50,404 nt of DNA from Myxococcota bacterium (GTDB taxonomy: Bacteria; Myxococcota_A; UBA796; CAJQPC01): NCBI GenBank assembly GCA_036012755.1, contig DASCPX010000080.1, positions 1-50,404 of the forward strand, written 5' to 3'. Position numbers and translations under genes: made by a program. Within the stretch, counting starts at the first letter, position 1. Each line of letters begins with the position of its first letter. The notes under the pieces are model-generated. The model saw nothing but the letters and a program-made list of their open reading frames with translations, was not told the origin of the DNA and did no database searches. This document shows positions 20,834 through 29,697 of the stretch, piece after piece.

Positions 20834-22015
20834 TCAGCTCCCCTCGAGGGCCGCGAGGCCCGGTAGGTCGGTACCTTCGACGAAGGCCAGGCTGGCGCCG
20901 CCTCCGGTGCTGATGTGCGAGATCGCCTCGCCGAGGTCGAAGCGGTTGATCGCCGCTGCGCTGTCTCCGCCTCCGACGACGGTGTAGGCGTCCACGGCAG
21001 CGACCGCCTCGGCCACGCCTCGTGTGCCGCCGGCGAAGTTGTCTCGCTCGAACATGCCCATCGGGCCGTTCCAGAAGATGGTGGAGGCGCGAGCGATGAC
21101 GTCTCCGTAGAGCGACACGGTCTCGGGGCCGATGTCGAAGCCCTTCAGACCGTCCTCGATGGTGCGCACGGTCTGCGGTTCGCCGTCGGCGGACTCAGAG
21201 GCGATGTGGTCTTGGGGCAAGAACAGCGTCACCCCCTTTTCCGAGCAGCGCTCGATCAGTCGCTTGGCCAGCCTGACCTTGTTCTGTTCGACCAGCGAGT
21301 CCCCCACCCCGACGCCCTTCGCGACCAGGAAGGTGTAGGCCATCGCGCCGCCGATGACGAGCGCATCCACGCGGTGCATCAGGGAGTCGATGACCGGGAT
21401 CTTGTCGCTCACCTTGGCGCCGCCGAGGATGCCGACGAAGGGTCTCGCCGGACCACTCATCAGCTTGCCGAGCGCCTCGATCTCACGGGCGACGAGTGGC
21501 CCGATGGCGGCCTCCTCGAAGCGCTCCACGACCCCGACGACCGAGGCGTGACGGCGGTGCATGGCGCCGAAGGCGTCGTTGACGTAGACCTCGCCCAGGC
21601 GCGCCAGCTTGGCTGAGAAGTCCTCTGCGTTGCTCTTCTCGCCCGGGTCGAAGCGGAGATTCTCGACCACGAGCAGCCCGCCGTCCTGGAGGTTGCGAGC
21701 CAGGTACTCGACGTCGTCACCCGCGGGCTCGTGGGCGAAGTAGACCTCTGCGTCGAGGCGCTCAGCGAGACAGGCGGCGATCGGCTCCATCGAGAGCGAG
21801 GGCACGCGCTGGCCGCGCGGGCGGCCGAGGTGGCTGCACACGACGGTCCTGGCGCCGGCTTCGCGCAAGGCACGAATCGTGGGGAGGGCGGCATCGATGC
21901 GCGTGGCGTCGGCGACGGATCCACCCTGCAGGGGCACGTTGAGGTCCAGGCGTAGGAGCACGCGACGCCCAGCCACGTCGAGGTCCGCGAGCTGCTTTAT
22001 GCCGACGGTATTCAC
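20834..22015 (-). CDS. pgk: Phosphoglycerate kinase
   Basis: [32 protein letters not shown] and [11 protein letters not shown] start at 22015 after GGAGG. Confidence 0.98.
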   Translation of the reverse strand: MNTVGIKQLADLDVAGRRVLLRLDLNVPLQGGSVADATRIDAALPTIRALREAGARTVVCSHLGRPRGQRVPSLSMEPIAACLAERLDAEVYFAHEPAGDDVEYLARNLQDGGLLVVENLRFDPGEKSNAEDFSAKLARLGEVYVNDAFGAMHRRHASVVGVVERFEEAAIGPLVAREIEALGKLMSGPARPFVGILGGAKVSDKIPVIDSLMHRVDALVIGGAMAYTFLVAKGVGVGDSLVEQNKVRLAKRLIERCSEKGVTLFLPQDHIASESADGEPQTVRTIEDGLKGFDIGPETVSLYGDVIARASTIFWNGPMGMFERDNFAGGTRGVAEAVAAVDAYTVVGGGDSAAAINRFDLGEAISHISTGGGASLAFVEGTDLPGLAALEGS

Positions 22016-22029
22016 GGGCCCTCCGAGGC

Positions 22030-23028
22030 TCAGGCGAACAGGAGCCTGGCCAGATCGACCATGCGATTCGAGAAGCCCCACTCGTTGTCGTACCAGGTGA
22101 GGACCTTGAGCATACGGTCGCCGATCACCGCCGTCAGCGGGAGGTCGACGATGCTGCTGTGGGGGTTTCCGACGAGGTCGGTGCTGACCAGCGGGGCGTC
22201 GACGGCCGCCAGGATTCCTGCCAGGGGGCCCTCGGCAGCCTCGACGAAGGCCGCGTTGACCTGCTCCGCGGTGACGTCGGCGTCGAGGTTCACGACCAGG
22301 TCCACGAGCGACACGTTCGGGGTCGGAACGCGGATTGCCATGCCGTTGAGCTTGCCAGCGAGCTCCGGGAGGACGAGTCCCACGGCCTTTGCAGCGCCAG
22401 TGCTGGTGGGCACCACGTTCTGGGCGGCGGCGCGGGCCCTCCGGAAGTCCTTGTGTGGGGCGTCGAGCAGCCGCTGGTCCATCGTGTAGGCGTGCACGGT
22501 GGTGATGAGGCCGTGGCGGATGCCGAAGTTCTCGTGGAGGACCTTCGCGGCGGGTGCCAGGCAGTTCGTCGTGCAGCTGGCGTTGCTGACGATGCGGTGG
22601 CGCTCCGGGTCGATGGTGTCGCTGTTGACACCGACCACGAAGGTGCCGTCCATGTCCGTCCCTGGTGCGCTGACGATGACCTTCTTCGCGCCGGCGTCGA
22701 TGTGGAGCATCGCGCCCGCCCGCTTGCGGAAGGCGCCGGTGCACTCGAGCACCACGTCGACGCCCTTGTCACCCCAGGGCAAGGCCGAGGGATCACGCTG
22801 CGCGCTCGTGGCGACCACCCTGTCCCCGATGCGGATGCCACCGTCGACTGCTTCGACGTCCTCTGCGAACTCGCCGTGAACCGTGTCGTGCTTGAGCAGG
22901 TGCGAGAGCATCGCGTCGCTGGTCAGGTCGTTGATGTGGACGAACTCGATGTCGCTGTCGTTCCAGGCCGTTCGAAGGACGTTGCGACCGATGCGACCGA
23001 AGCCGTTGATTGCGACGCGGATGGGCAT
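22030..23028 (-). CDS. gap: Type I glyceraldehyde-3-phosphate dehydrogenase
   Basis: INGFGRIGR, ASCTTNCLAP and WYDNEWG. Confidence 0.99.
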   Translation of the reverse strand: MPIRVAINGFGRIGRNVLRTAWNDSDIEFVHINDLTSDAMLSHLLKHDTVHGEFAEDVEAVDGGIRIGDRVVATSAQRDPSALPWGDKGVDVVLECTGAFRKRAGAMLHIDAGAKKVIVSAPGTDMDGTFVVGVNSDTIDPERHRIVSNASCTTNCLAPAAKVLHENFGIRHGLITTVHAYTMDQRLLDAPHKDFRRARAAAQNVVPTSTGAAKAVGLVLPELAGKLNGMAIRVPTPNVSLVDLVVNLDADVTAEQVNAAFVEAAEGPLAGILAAVDAPLVSTDLVGNPHSSIVDLPLTAVIGDRMLKVLTWYDNEWGFSNRMVDLARLLFA

Positions 23029-23120
23029 GAGCGCTCCTTGTGAGGTGTGGGATGGGGCCGCGAGTAACCCCCGTAAAGCCCCATGGCGAGCAGGTTACGG
23101 ACCCGTCACGGAGGTTCCGC

Positions 23121-24707
23121 GTGGCGATCCTGGTGAGCGGCGTGGAGTGGCCGGGAGAGGAGGTCTCCGACGAGGACGCCGTCGCCCACCACCTGGGCAT
23201 GCCCGTGGACAGCGCCCTGTTGGTGAAGCGCTCTCTCGACGCGCGACAACGCCGCAAGCGCTGGGTCGCAAACTACAAGGTCGTACTCGCCGACCCGGCA
23301 GCGCTGCTCTCCAGGCCCGACGTGCGTCTGTGGACCGAGCGTGACGAGCTCCGCTTTGGCCTGGTGGATCTTGCGGAGGTGCCCCGTCAGCCCTGGCCCC
23401 GACAGCACCGTCCCGTCGTCGTGGGTGCGGGACCGGCCGGGCTCTTTGCCGCGCTTCGCCTGGCCGAGGCCGGTGCTCCGGTGTTGCTCCTCGACCGCGG
23501 TGAAGCCGTAGAGGAGAGGGTCAAGACCGTCAACAGGAACTGGCGCGGGGCTCCTCTCGATACCGACAGCAACGTGGTGTTCGGCGAGGGCGGCGCCGGT
23601 ACCTTCTCAGACGGCAAGATCTACACGCGCCGCCGCGACGGGGAGCTCGGCTATGTGTTCCGTCGCCTCATCGACCTCGGCGCCGATCCGGCGATCCTGA
23701 AGGAGGGGTGGGCCCACCTCGGCACGGATCGGGTCCGGAAGATCCTGCCGGCCTTCCGTGCGCGCCTCTGTGAGCTCGGCGCCGAGCTTCGCTACCGCAC
23801 ACGCGTCGACGCCTTCCTGGTAGAGGGGGGCGCGTGCGTGGGGGTCGTTCTCGGCGACGGCGAGGTCATCCGTCGGGCCCCGGTCGTGGTCGCGACCGGT
23901 CACAGCGCCCGCGACACCTATGCGGCGCTCGTTGGTGCGGGTGCGGAGGCCGAGGCCCGCCCCATCGCGATCGGTGCCCGCATCGAACATCCCCAGGAGC
24001 TCATCGACCGCGCTCGCCATGGCGCTCGCAGGGACCTGCCTCCGGCCAGCTACCGCCTGACCTTTTCACCCAAGACGGGGCGGAGGGCACACACCTTCTG
24101 CATGTGCCCGGGGGGGCTGGTCGTGCCGGCCTCGAACCACCTCGAGCGGGTGGTCGTGAACGGAATGAGCTTCGCGAGCCGACGGGCTCGCTGGGCCAAC
24201 TCGGCCGTCATCGTGCACGTCGAGCCGAGCGAATACCCCGGGCGGGATCCGCTCGCAGGGTTGCGGTACCAGGACCGCATCGAGCACCGGGCCTTCGCCC
24301 TCGCCGGGGACTACCGCGCCCCTGCCCAGCGGGTCGAGGATCTACTCCACCGGCGCGCGTCGCGGGACCTGCCTCGCACCAGCTACCCCCACGGCACCCT
24401 GCCCGCGGACCTTCGCGAGGTCCTGCCAGAGGGCATCATCGGCGGACTGAGGAAGGCGCTCCGGCACTTCGATCGCCAGATCCCGGGTTTCGCTGGCCCC
24501 GAGGCCGTGCTCATCGCGCCGGAGACTCGCACCACCGCGCCGCTGCGTCTGTTGCGAAATCGTGCCCTGCACAGCAGCTCGGTCGTCGACCTCCTCCCGG
24601 TCGGGGAGGGGGCCGGGTACGCTGGCGGCATCGTGAGCTCTGCCCTGGACGGGGTCCGGGCGGCGGAGTCGCTCGTGGAGCAACACGCTCCACGCCGCAC
24701 TACCTGA
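23121..24707 (+). CDS. Uncharacterised NAD(P)/FAD-dependent oxidoreductase (COG2509-like)
   Basis: VGAGPAGLFAA, FGEGGAGTFSDGK, TFCMCPGG and GEGAGYAGGI; probable GTG start at 23121 after GGAGG. Confidence 0.85.
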   Translation: MAILVSGVEWPGEEVSDEDAVAHHLGMPVDSALLVKRSLDARQRRKRWVANYKVVLADPAALLSRPDVRLWTERDELRFGLVDLAEVPRQPWPRQHRPVVVGAGPAGLFAALRLAEAGAPVLLLDRGEAVEERVKTVNRNWRGAPLDTDSNVVFGEGGAGTFSDGKIYTRRRDGELGYVFRRLIDLGADPAILKEGWAHLGTDRVRKILPAFRARLCELGAELRYRTRVDAFLVEGGACVGVVLGDGEVIRRAPVVVATGHSARDTYAALVGAGAEAEARPIAIGARIEHPQELIDRARHGARRDLPPASYRLTFSPKTGRRAHTFCMCPGGLVVPASNHLERVVVNGMSFASRRARWANSAVIVHVEPSEYPGRDPLAGLRYQDRIEHRAFALAGDYRAPAQRVEDLLHRRASRDLPRTSYPHGTLPADLREVLPEGIIGGLRKALRHFDRQIPGFAGPEAVLIAPETRTTAPLRLLRNRALHSSSVVDLLPVGEGAGYAGGIVSSALDGVRAAESLVEQHAPRRTT

Positions 24708-25140
24708 ACTTCACCTTGAACTGGCCGTCGTCGAGGATCGTGACCTCGACGCGCTGCTCGGCATGGGGCTCTCGGCCGGGGCAGCTCGTGTCTTCCAGCG
24801 TCCACGTCATGGACGCCGTCTCCTCGCTGTCCGCAGCGTCCATCGTCCAGACTCCGCGCTCCTTGCAGTCCATGCTCTCGTCCATGACCGAGACCGTGCC
24901 GGTCGCGACCCAGTTGCCGTCCGGCTTGAAGACGAAGGAGTCGTACTCCAGCTTGATGCCATCGCCCTCGACGGGCTGGAACCGCTTGATGTCGAGCTCG
25001 AAGAGCCTCTTTGCGAATGCCTTGGAGGCCTTGTCGTCGGGCACCGCCGAGCTGGCCGGAGTCGCAGCCTCTTCCGGGGCTGCGGTGCTGGTGTCTTCCT
25101 TCTCTCCGCAGGCCATCGTCAGGGCAAACAGGAGCGTCAT
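24700..25140 (-). CDS. Hypothetical lipoprotein
   Basis: AAGGAGG SD; short hydrophobic signal ending MAC; beta-rich acidic body with two Cys. Confidence 0.75.
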   Translation of the reverse strand: MTLLFALTMACGEKEDTSTAAPEEAATPASSAVPDDKASKAFAKRLFELDIKRFQPVEGDGIKLEYDSFVFKPDGNWVATGTVSVMDESMDCKERGVWTMDAADSEETASMTWTLEDTSCPGREPHAEQRVEVTILDDGQFKVKFR

Positions 25141-25229
25141 CTGGGCCTCCTTGGGGTGGCCGTGAGCGTATCGCGTCGGGGTAGCGCGGGCCCCTCCGGG
25201 ACCGGTGACAACAGCCGAGTTCTCCGACC

Positions 25230-25398
25230 GAGTTGTGCACAGGCGGACGCCGGTTCGGCATGCTGGAGAGGCGTGCGCAGGTTTTGAGCACGGCGATTGA
25301 GTAGTTAATCCACAACCTTATGGTCGACCAGGCGAGGTTCTCTCGGTTCCGTTGCGTCATCGACACCAGGAGGAGTTGTCCACAGGCTATGGACAACT
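25230..25398. promoter_or_regulatory. Cluster of DnaA-box-like 9-mers in a divergent intergenic region
   Basis: TTGTGCACA 25233-25241, TAATCCACA 25306-25314, TTGTCCACA 25376-25384 and inverted TATGGACAA 25388-25396. Confidence 0.55.
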
Positions 25399-25451
25399 CG
25401 GGCCGTGTCGAGCGGGCGAGGTAGGCTCCACCCAGAAGAAGGGAGAGCGAC

Positions 25452-27101
25452 GTGAGCTGGCGCCAGACGGCCCTGCGAATCGGCGTCCATGTCGCGCTGG
25501 CGATCGGGCTGACCTGGCCTGCCGCCCTGCGTCCAGACGAGTTCGTTCCGGGGGCGGGCCGAACGGATCTCTGGAACTCGATCTGGTCTCTCTGGTTCGT
25601 CGCCGACGCGCTCGAGACCGCCGAGCTGCCCTGGCGCACCGAGCTCCTTGGCCACCCGGACGGGGGTGTCCTGGTCGTCGCTGATCTGCTCAACGCGCTG
25701 TTGGTCCTGCCGGTCACGGAGCTCTTCGGTCCCTCTGTGGCCTACACCGCGCTGGTCCTCTTCCAGCTCGCGTTCTCCGGCCTGGCCGCCGACAAGCTGG
25801 CTCGGCATCTCTTCCGCAGCCAGGCGGCGGGCTGGGTCGCGGGTCCAGCGTTCATGGCAGCGCCGGTCTTGATCTCCGGCATCCACAACGGCACGTCCGA
25901 GGCCTTCGCAGGAGGCTGGCTGGCGCTCTCGGTCCTGCTCGCCTTTCAAGCTGCGGAGGGCCGCAGGGTCGTGCTCGCTGGCCTGGGGTTGGGGCTCACC
26001 ACCATCGCCAGCTGGTACCTCGGCGTCGTCGCCTGGATCTTCTGGGCCTCCCTGTTGGTGTTCGGCAGAAGGAACGTAGAACGCCGCGGTCTCACCCTGA
26101 GGCTGCTCGCAGTCGGTGGGCTGGCCCTGGCCCTGGCCGCGCCGGTCGCCGCGTTGGTGCGTCATGGCTCCACCCACCCGGACAACCTCGTCGGCATCAA
26201 GACCCCCCGCGAGCTCTCCTCGGTTCGCCGGAGCATAGGTCCGGCCGACCCGAGGGGGTGGTTCGTGCCGGGCGACTTCCGCTCCCCGGACTTCCGCGTC
26301 CTGAGCCGCTACGGCGAGGAGTTCATCCACTGTCACTACCTCGGCTGGACGCTGCTGGTGTCCTCTGTGGTCGTCCTCTTCCTTCGCCGCGAGCGCGAGG
26401 ACAAGCGCGTGCTCGTCGCCGCCGGCCTCGTAGCCGGTGTCCTGGCGATGGGTCCGGTCGTGGCCATGGACGGCTCGGCCCTCATCCTGAAGGGCCGGCT
26501 CGGTGTTCCGCTGCCCTACTTCCTCGTCGAGGGCGTCCCGGGCTTGTCCTCGCTGTCGTTGCTCTACCGCTTCGCCGCGGGTCCGGCGCTGGCCGTCGCT
26601 GTTCTCGCGGGGGGACTTGCGGCGCGCTTCCCCCGGTTCGCCGTCCCGTTGGTCTGCCTCGTCCTGCTCGAGCTCCGCTTCGCCTCTCCCGTAACAGGCC
26701 TCCCGGACGTCGAGTCTGCCGAGGTCCCAGCCCCCATCGCCTGGCTGGCCGAGGCTCCGGACGGCGCCGTGATGAACTTCCCCGTCGTCGGCGGTCGCGC
26801 CTACCTCTTCGAGCAGACGGTCCACGGAAAACCCATCGCCGGCAGCTTGAACTTCCCCAACAACCGGGCGTCCATGAGGGTCTGGGGCGCGATGCTCGAG
26901 GCTGTGGAGCAGGGCGAATCCGACGAAGAACTGGCCGGCCGCGTCGAGGCCGTCGCCCGGCAGGAGGGCATCCGCTATCTGGTGGTCCACGTGGATCCCA
27001 TGGCCCGCCCGGACATGCACGACGAAGCGGTGCGCGCGCTGAAGTCCGCCGTGCCCGCGGCGAGCGAGGTGTCGGGCCTCCGGGTGCACCAGCTGTGGTG
27101 A
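25452..27101 (+). CDS. Polytopic membrane protein, possible GT-C fold glycosyltransferase (YfhO-like)
   Basis: About 10-12 hydrophobic segments, an N-terminal D..W..W...HP.G loop and a C-terminal periplasmic domain with QTVHGKPI. Confidence 0.6.
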   Translation: MSWRQTALRIGVHVALAIGLTWPAALRPDEFVPGAGRTDLWNSIWSLWFVADALETAELPWRTELLGHPDGGVLVVADLLNALLVLPVTELFGPSVAYTALVLFQLAFSGLAADKLARHLFRSQAAGWVAGPAFMAAPVLISGIHNGTSEAFAGGWLALSVLLAFQAAEGRRVVLAGLGLGLTTIASWYLGVVAWIFWASLLVFGRRNVERRGLTLRLLAVGGLALALAAPVAALVRHGSTHPDNLVGIKTPRELSSVRRSIGPADPRGWFVPGDFRSPDFRVLSRYGEEFIHCHYLGWTLLVSSVVVLFLRREREDKRVLVAAGLVAGVLAMGPVVAMDGSALILKGRLGVPLPYFLVEGVPGLSSLSLLYRFAAGPALAVAVLAGGLAARFPRFAVPLVCLVLLELRFASPVTGLPDVESAEVPAPIAWLAEAPDGAVMNFPVVGGRAYLFEQTVHGKPIAGSLNFPNNRASMRVWGAMLEAVEQGESDEELAGRVEAVARQEGIRYLVVHVDPMARPDMHDEAVRALKSAVPAASEVSGLRVHQLW

Positions 27102-28237
27102 GGGTCCATGTCCTGCCTTGGTCCGGGGAACTCGAGGGCCTCGGCGCCGCCCGCGCCCTCCCCGTCGCTGACGAGCGCCTCGGCCAGGCGCTGGACAACG
27201 CCATGGGCAGGGCGGCGGTCGAGCGTGTCGACGACATCGACGGCGCCTACCTGATCGAGGCCGGCACGGTCGTCGGGCCGCAGCTCTTCGCTGCGCTCGC
27301 CGCCCTCCACCTCGACCGAGACTCCCGACTTCGTCTGGGTGGTCGCACGGGGGAACTCCTGGAGCAGGTAGCGCTCGGCGGCGATCCTTCCGCGATCGCG
27401 TTCTTGAGAGGGCCCGCAGAGGGGGACGTCCGGGCCCGCATCGCGGACGCCGAGGTCGTAGAGGTCGATCCGGTCGAAGGGGCGCTGTCCGTTCCGATGC
27501 CCGGAGGCCAGGACATCCCCCTGTCCGATCGCTTCGCCATCCGGGTTCGCCATCCCATCCAGCTGTTGTGGGCCAACCTCCTCTCCCTGCCTCCTCGCTT
27601 GTGGCGTCGGCTCGCAGGCGACGGGATCGGCGCCGTTTTTCGGATCGCAGGGGCGGTCCTGCGGGCTCGCTCGACTCGCCACGAGGATCTCGCGCAGGCG
27701 CTGACCTGCTCCGCTGACGATGCCTGGATCCACCCCTCTGCGATCGTCGAGGCCAGCGTGATCGGTCCGGGCGCCCGGGTCGGCGCGGGCGCCGTGGTCC
27801 GCGGCTCCATCCTGGGCCCGGACTCCCGCGTCGAGGCGCTGGCCATCTGCGAAGGCAGCGTCCTCGGCCAGGGCGCCGTCGTACAGCGCCAGGCGCTCTG
27901 TCGGTACTCGGTCCTTGCAGAGGCTGCGATGCTCGGAGGGGCCGCGCAGCTCGCTGTGTTCGGGCCGCGCTCGGCGTTGAAGCGGGGCAGCTACGCGATG
28001 GACCAGGGTCTTGGACAGGATGTCCGCGTGCGCGTGGGAGACGCCTTCGTCCGCGCGCCGCTTGGCCTCGCCGGGCCTGTCCTGGGCGATGGAACGCAGG
28101 TCGGTAGCGGTGTCTGGATCGCTCCGGGACGAACGCTGCCACCTGGCATCGTGGTGCTGGGACCGGATCCTCTCCGTGACCCGACAGCGCCGGAGGGTGC
28201 CGGTCCGTACCGGGTTCGCGACGGCCGGCTCTCGTGA
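27098..28237 (+). CDS. Hexapeptide-repeat (left-handed beta-helix) protein, GlmU/acyltransferase-like
   Basis: GTGA overlap with the upstream gene; IHPSAIVEASVIGPGARVGAGAVVRGSILG repeats and VLGDGTQVGSGVWIAPG. Confidence 0.75.
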   Translation: MRVHVLPWSGELEGLGAARALPVADERLGQALDNAMGRAAVERVDDIDGAYLIEAGTVVGPQLFAALAALHLDRDSRLRLGGRTGELLEQVALGGDPSAIAFLRGPAEGDVRARIADAEVVEVDPVEGALSVPMPGGQDIPLSDRFAIRVRHPIQLLWANLLSLPPRLWRRLAGDGIGAVFRIAGAVLRARSTRHEDLAQALTCSADDAWIHPSAIVEASVIGPGARVGAGAVVRGSILGPDSRVEALAICEGSVLGQGAVVQRQALCRYSVLAEAAMLGGAAQLAVFGPRSALKRGSYAMDQGLGQDVRVRVGDAFVRAPLGLAGPVLGDGTQVGSGVWIAPGRTLPPGIVVLGPDPLRDPTAPEGAGPYRVRDGRLS

Positions 28238-29430
28238 TCCGTTGGGAGGACCCTGCGCTGAGCTCCATGCTCGCTGGGGGCTACCTGGGCCTGCTCACCC
28301 TGCTGTGGGTCGGTCTCTCGCTCGGGGTCGGGCGTTGGGGCGCCCGCTGGCGCCTTCGGCCCGAGGACGCCGGCGAGGACCTGCCGTTCGTCTCGATCTG
28401 CATTCCCGCTCGCAACGAGGTCGGGCGAATAGGTCGGTGTGTCGAGGCTGCCCTTCGGTCCAGGCTCCCGCGGCTCGAGGTGGTCGTCGTCGACGATCGC
28501 TCCGAGGACGGCACCGGAGACGAGGTTCGCGCCATCGACGATGACCGGGTGCGCCTCGTCGCTGGCAGCGAACCGCCAGCCGGTTGGGCCGGCAAACCCT
28601 GGGCGTGCATGCGGGCTGCGGGAGAGGCGAGGGGAGAGCTCCTGCTCTTCATCGATGCAGACGTCGAGCTCTCCGACTGGGCGGTCCCCGCCGCGATCAC
28701 CCGGCTGCAGGCCGATGGCCTCGAGCTCTTGTCGTTGTTCGGCGACTGGAAGCTCGAGAGCTTCTGGGAGGGGGCGGTGATCCCCGTGGTCGGCTGGTTC
28801 ATCCGCGGCGCCGTCGATCTCGACGCGGCGAACGACCCAGGACGGCCTCATGCCTTCGCCAACGGTCAGTTCATTCTCGTGAGGCGCGAGGCCTACGACC
28901 GGGTGGGCGGACACGGGGCTGTCCGGGCGGAGGTCCTCGACGACGTGCGCCTCGCCCGTGCGTTCAAGTCCAAGGCCCTTCGCGTCGGCCTTCGACACGC
29001 CCCGGGCGCATTCGTCGTCCGTCTCTACGAGCGGCTCGGTGAGATCGTCTCGGGCTACACGAAGAACCTCTACGAGGGCATGGATCGGAGGCCGCTGTTG
29101 GCCGTCGGTGCCGTGCTCTTCATCTTCGTGAGCACGGTGCTGCCCTACGTCCTCGCGCTGGGGCTCGCCGTCGGTGTCCTCGCCGCGGGCTGGAACCTGC
29201 CCCACTGGCGCTGGTGGGGCTGGCTCCTGCTCGACTGCGCGCTGATCCACGTGTTCCGTCTTCGACTCGAGCGAAGCGACGGTCGCTCGGGCTGGCACGC
29301 CCTGACCCATCCGCTCGGGAACGCAGTCTTCGTCTTCATCCTCTGTCGCTCGATGTTCGGCGTGGAGGCCACCTGGAAGGGGCGCACCTTCGTCGATGGA
29401 AAGGCTGCCATGGGGCCGCCCAAGGAATGA
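28234..29430 (+). CDS. Family 2 glycosyltransferase (CrtQ/HpnB-like subfamily)
   Basis: SICIPARNE, VDDRSEDGT, GWAGKPWAC, FIDAD and ANGQFIL, with C-terminal TM helices. Confidence 0.9.
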   Translation: MIRWEDPALSSMLAGGYLGLLTLLWVGLSLGVGRWGARWRLRPEDAGEDLPFVSICIPARNEVGRIGRCVEAALRSRLPRLEVVVVDDRSEDGTGDEVRAIDDDRVRLVAGSEPPAGWAGKPWACMRAAGEARGELLLFIDADVELSDWAVPAAITRLQADGLELLSLFGDWKLESFWEGAVIPVVGWFIRGAVDLDAANDPGRPHAFANGQFILVRREAYDRVGGHGAVRAEVLDDVRLARAFKSKALRVGLRHAPGAFVVRLYERLGEIVSGYTKNLYEGMDRRPLLAVGAVLFIFVSTVLPYVLALGLAVGVLAAGWNLPHWRWWGWLLLDCALIHVFRLRLERSDGRSGWHALTHPLGNAVFVFILCRSMFGVEATWKGRTFVDGKAAMGPPKE

Positions 29431-29431
29431 C

Positions 29432-29457
29432 AAAGGCCCCGGCATCGCCGGGGCCTC
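29432..29457. terminator. Hairpin between the convergent GT2 gene and tRNA-Gly (probable terminator)
   Basis: AGGCCCCGGC-ATC-GCCGGGGCCT perfect inverted repeat, with AAA on the left (a short U-tract on the minus strand). Confidence 0.7.
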
Positions 29458-29461
29458 GGAG

Positions 29462-29533
29462 AGCGGGAGACGGGATTTGAACCCGCGACAGCCACGTTGG
29501 CAACGTGGGGCTCTACCACTGAGCTACTCCCGC
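29462..29533 (-). tRNA. tRNA-Gly (GCC), CCA not encoded
   Basis: Reverse complement GCGGGAGTAGCTCAGTGGTAGAGC-C-CCACG-TTGCCAA-CGTGG...GGTTCAAATCC-CGTCTCCCGCT. Confidence 0.96.
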
Positions 29534-29697
29534 GTGGCGAGCGCCGCGAAACTAACCCTCGGTGGACGACTGTCAACCCAGTAGCGGCAATGGTGCTCGA
29601 AAGCGCGTGTCAGCCTGTTGTCAGTCCATGGCCCGGTCGGCTAATCTGCCCAGCGGCCGCTCCCTGACCAGTACCCGAGCGGTCCTCGGAGATTGAC

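Noticed and set aside
20834..22744. Apparent 636-aa Pgk with a long N-terminal extension
   Set aside because: The extension is an alternative frame overlapping gap. The real start is GTG 22015 with an SD sequence.
26258..27097. N-terminal 280 aa of the 659-aa ORF
   Set aside because: It is an out-of-frame overlap with the membrane-protein gene. The GTGA coupling at 27098 marks the true start.
25305..28268. 987-aa minus-strand ORF, and similar long antisense ORFs (for example 10734-12446, 35587-37365 and 48716-50071)
   Set aside because: These are shadows of well-supported genes on the opposite strand in a high-GC genome. Their translations are Arg/Pro/Gly-rich or mirror-codon sequence with no recognisable motifs.
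19452..29533. Genomic island bounded by tRNA-Leu or tRNA-Gly
   Set aside because: I saw no integrase, no duplicated tRNA 3' end and no compositional shift, and the interval contains core glycolysis genes.
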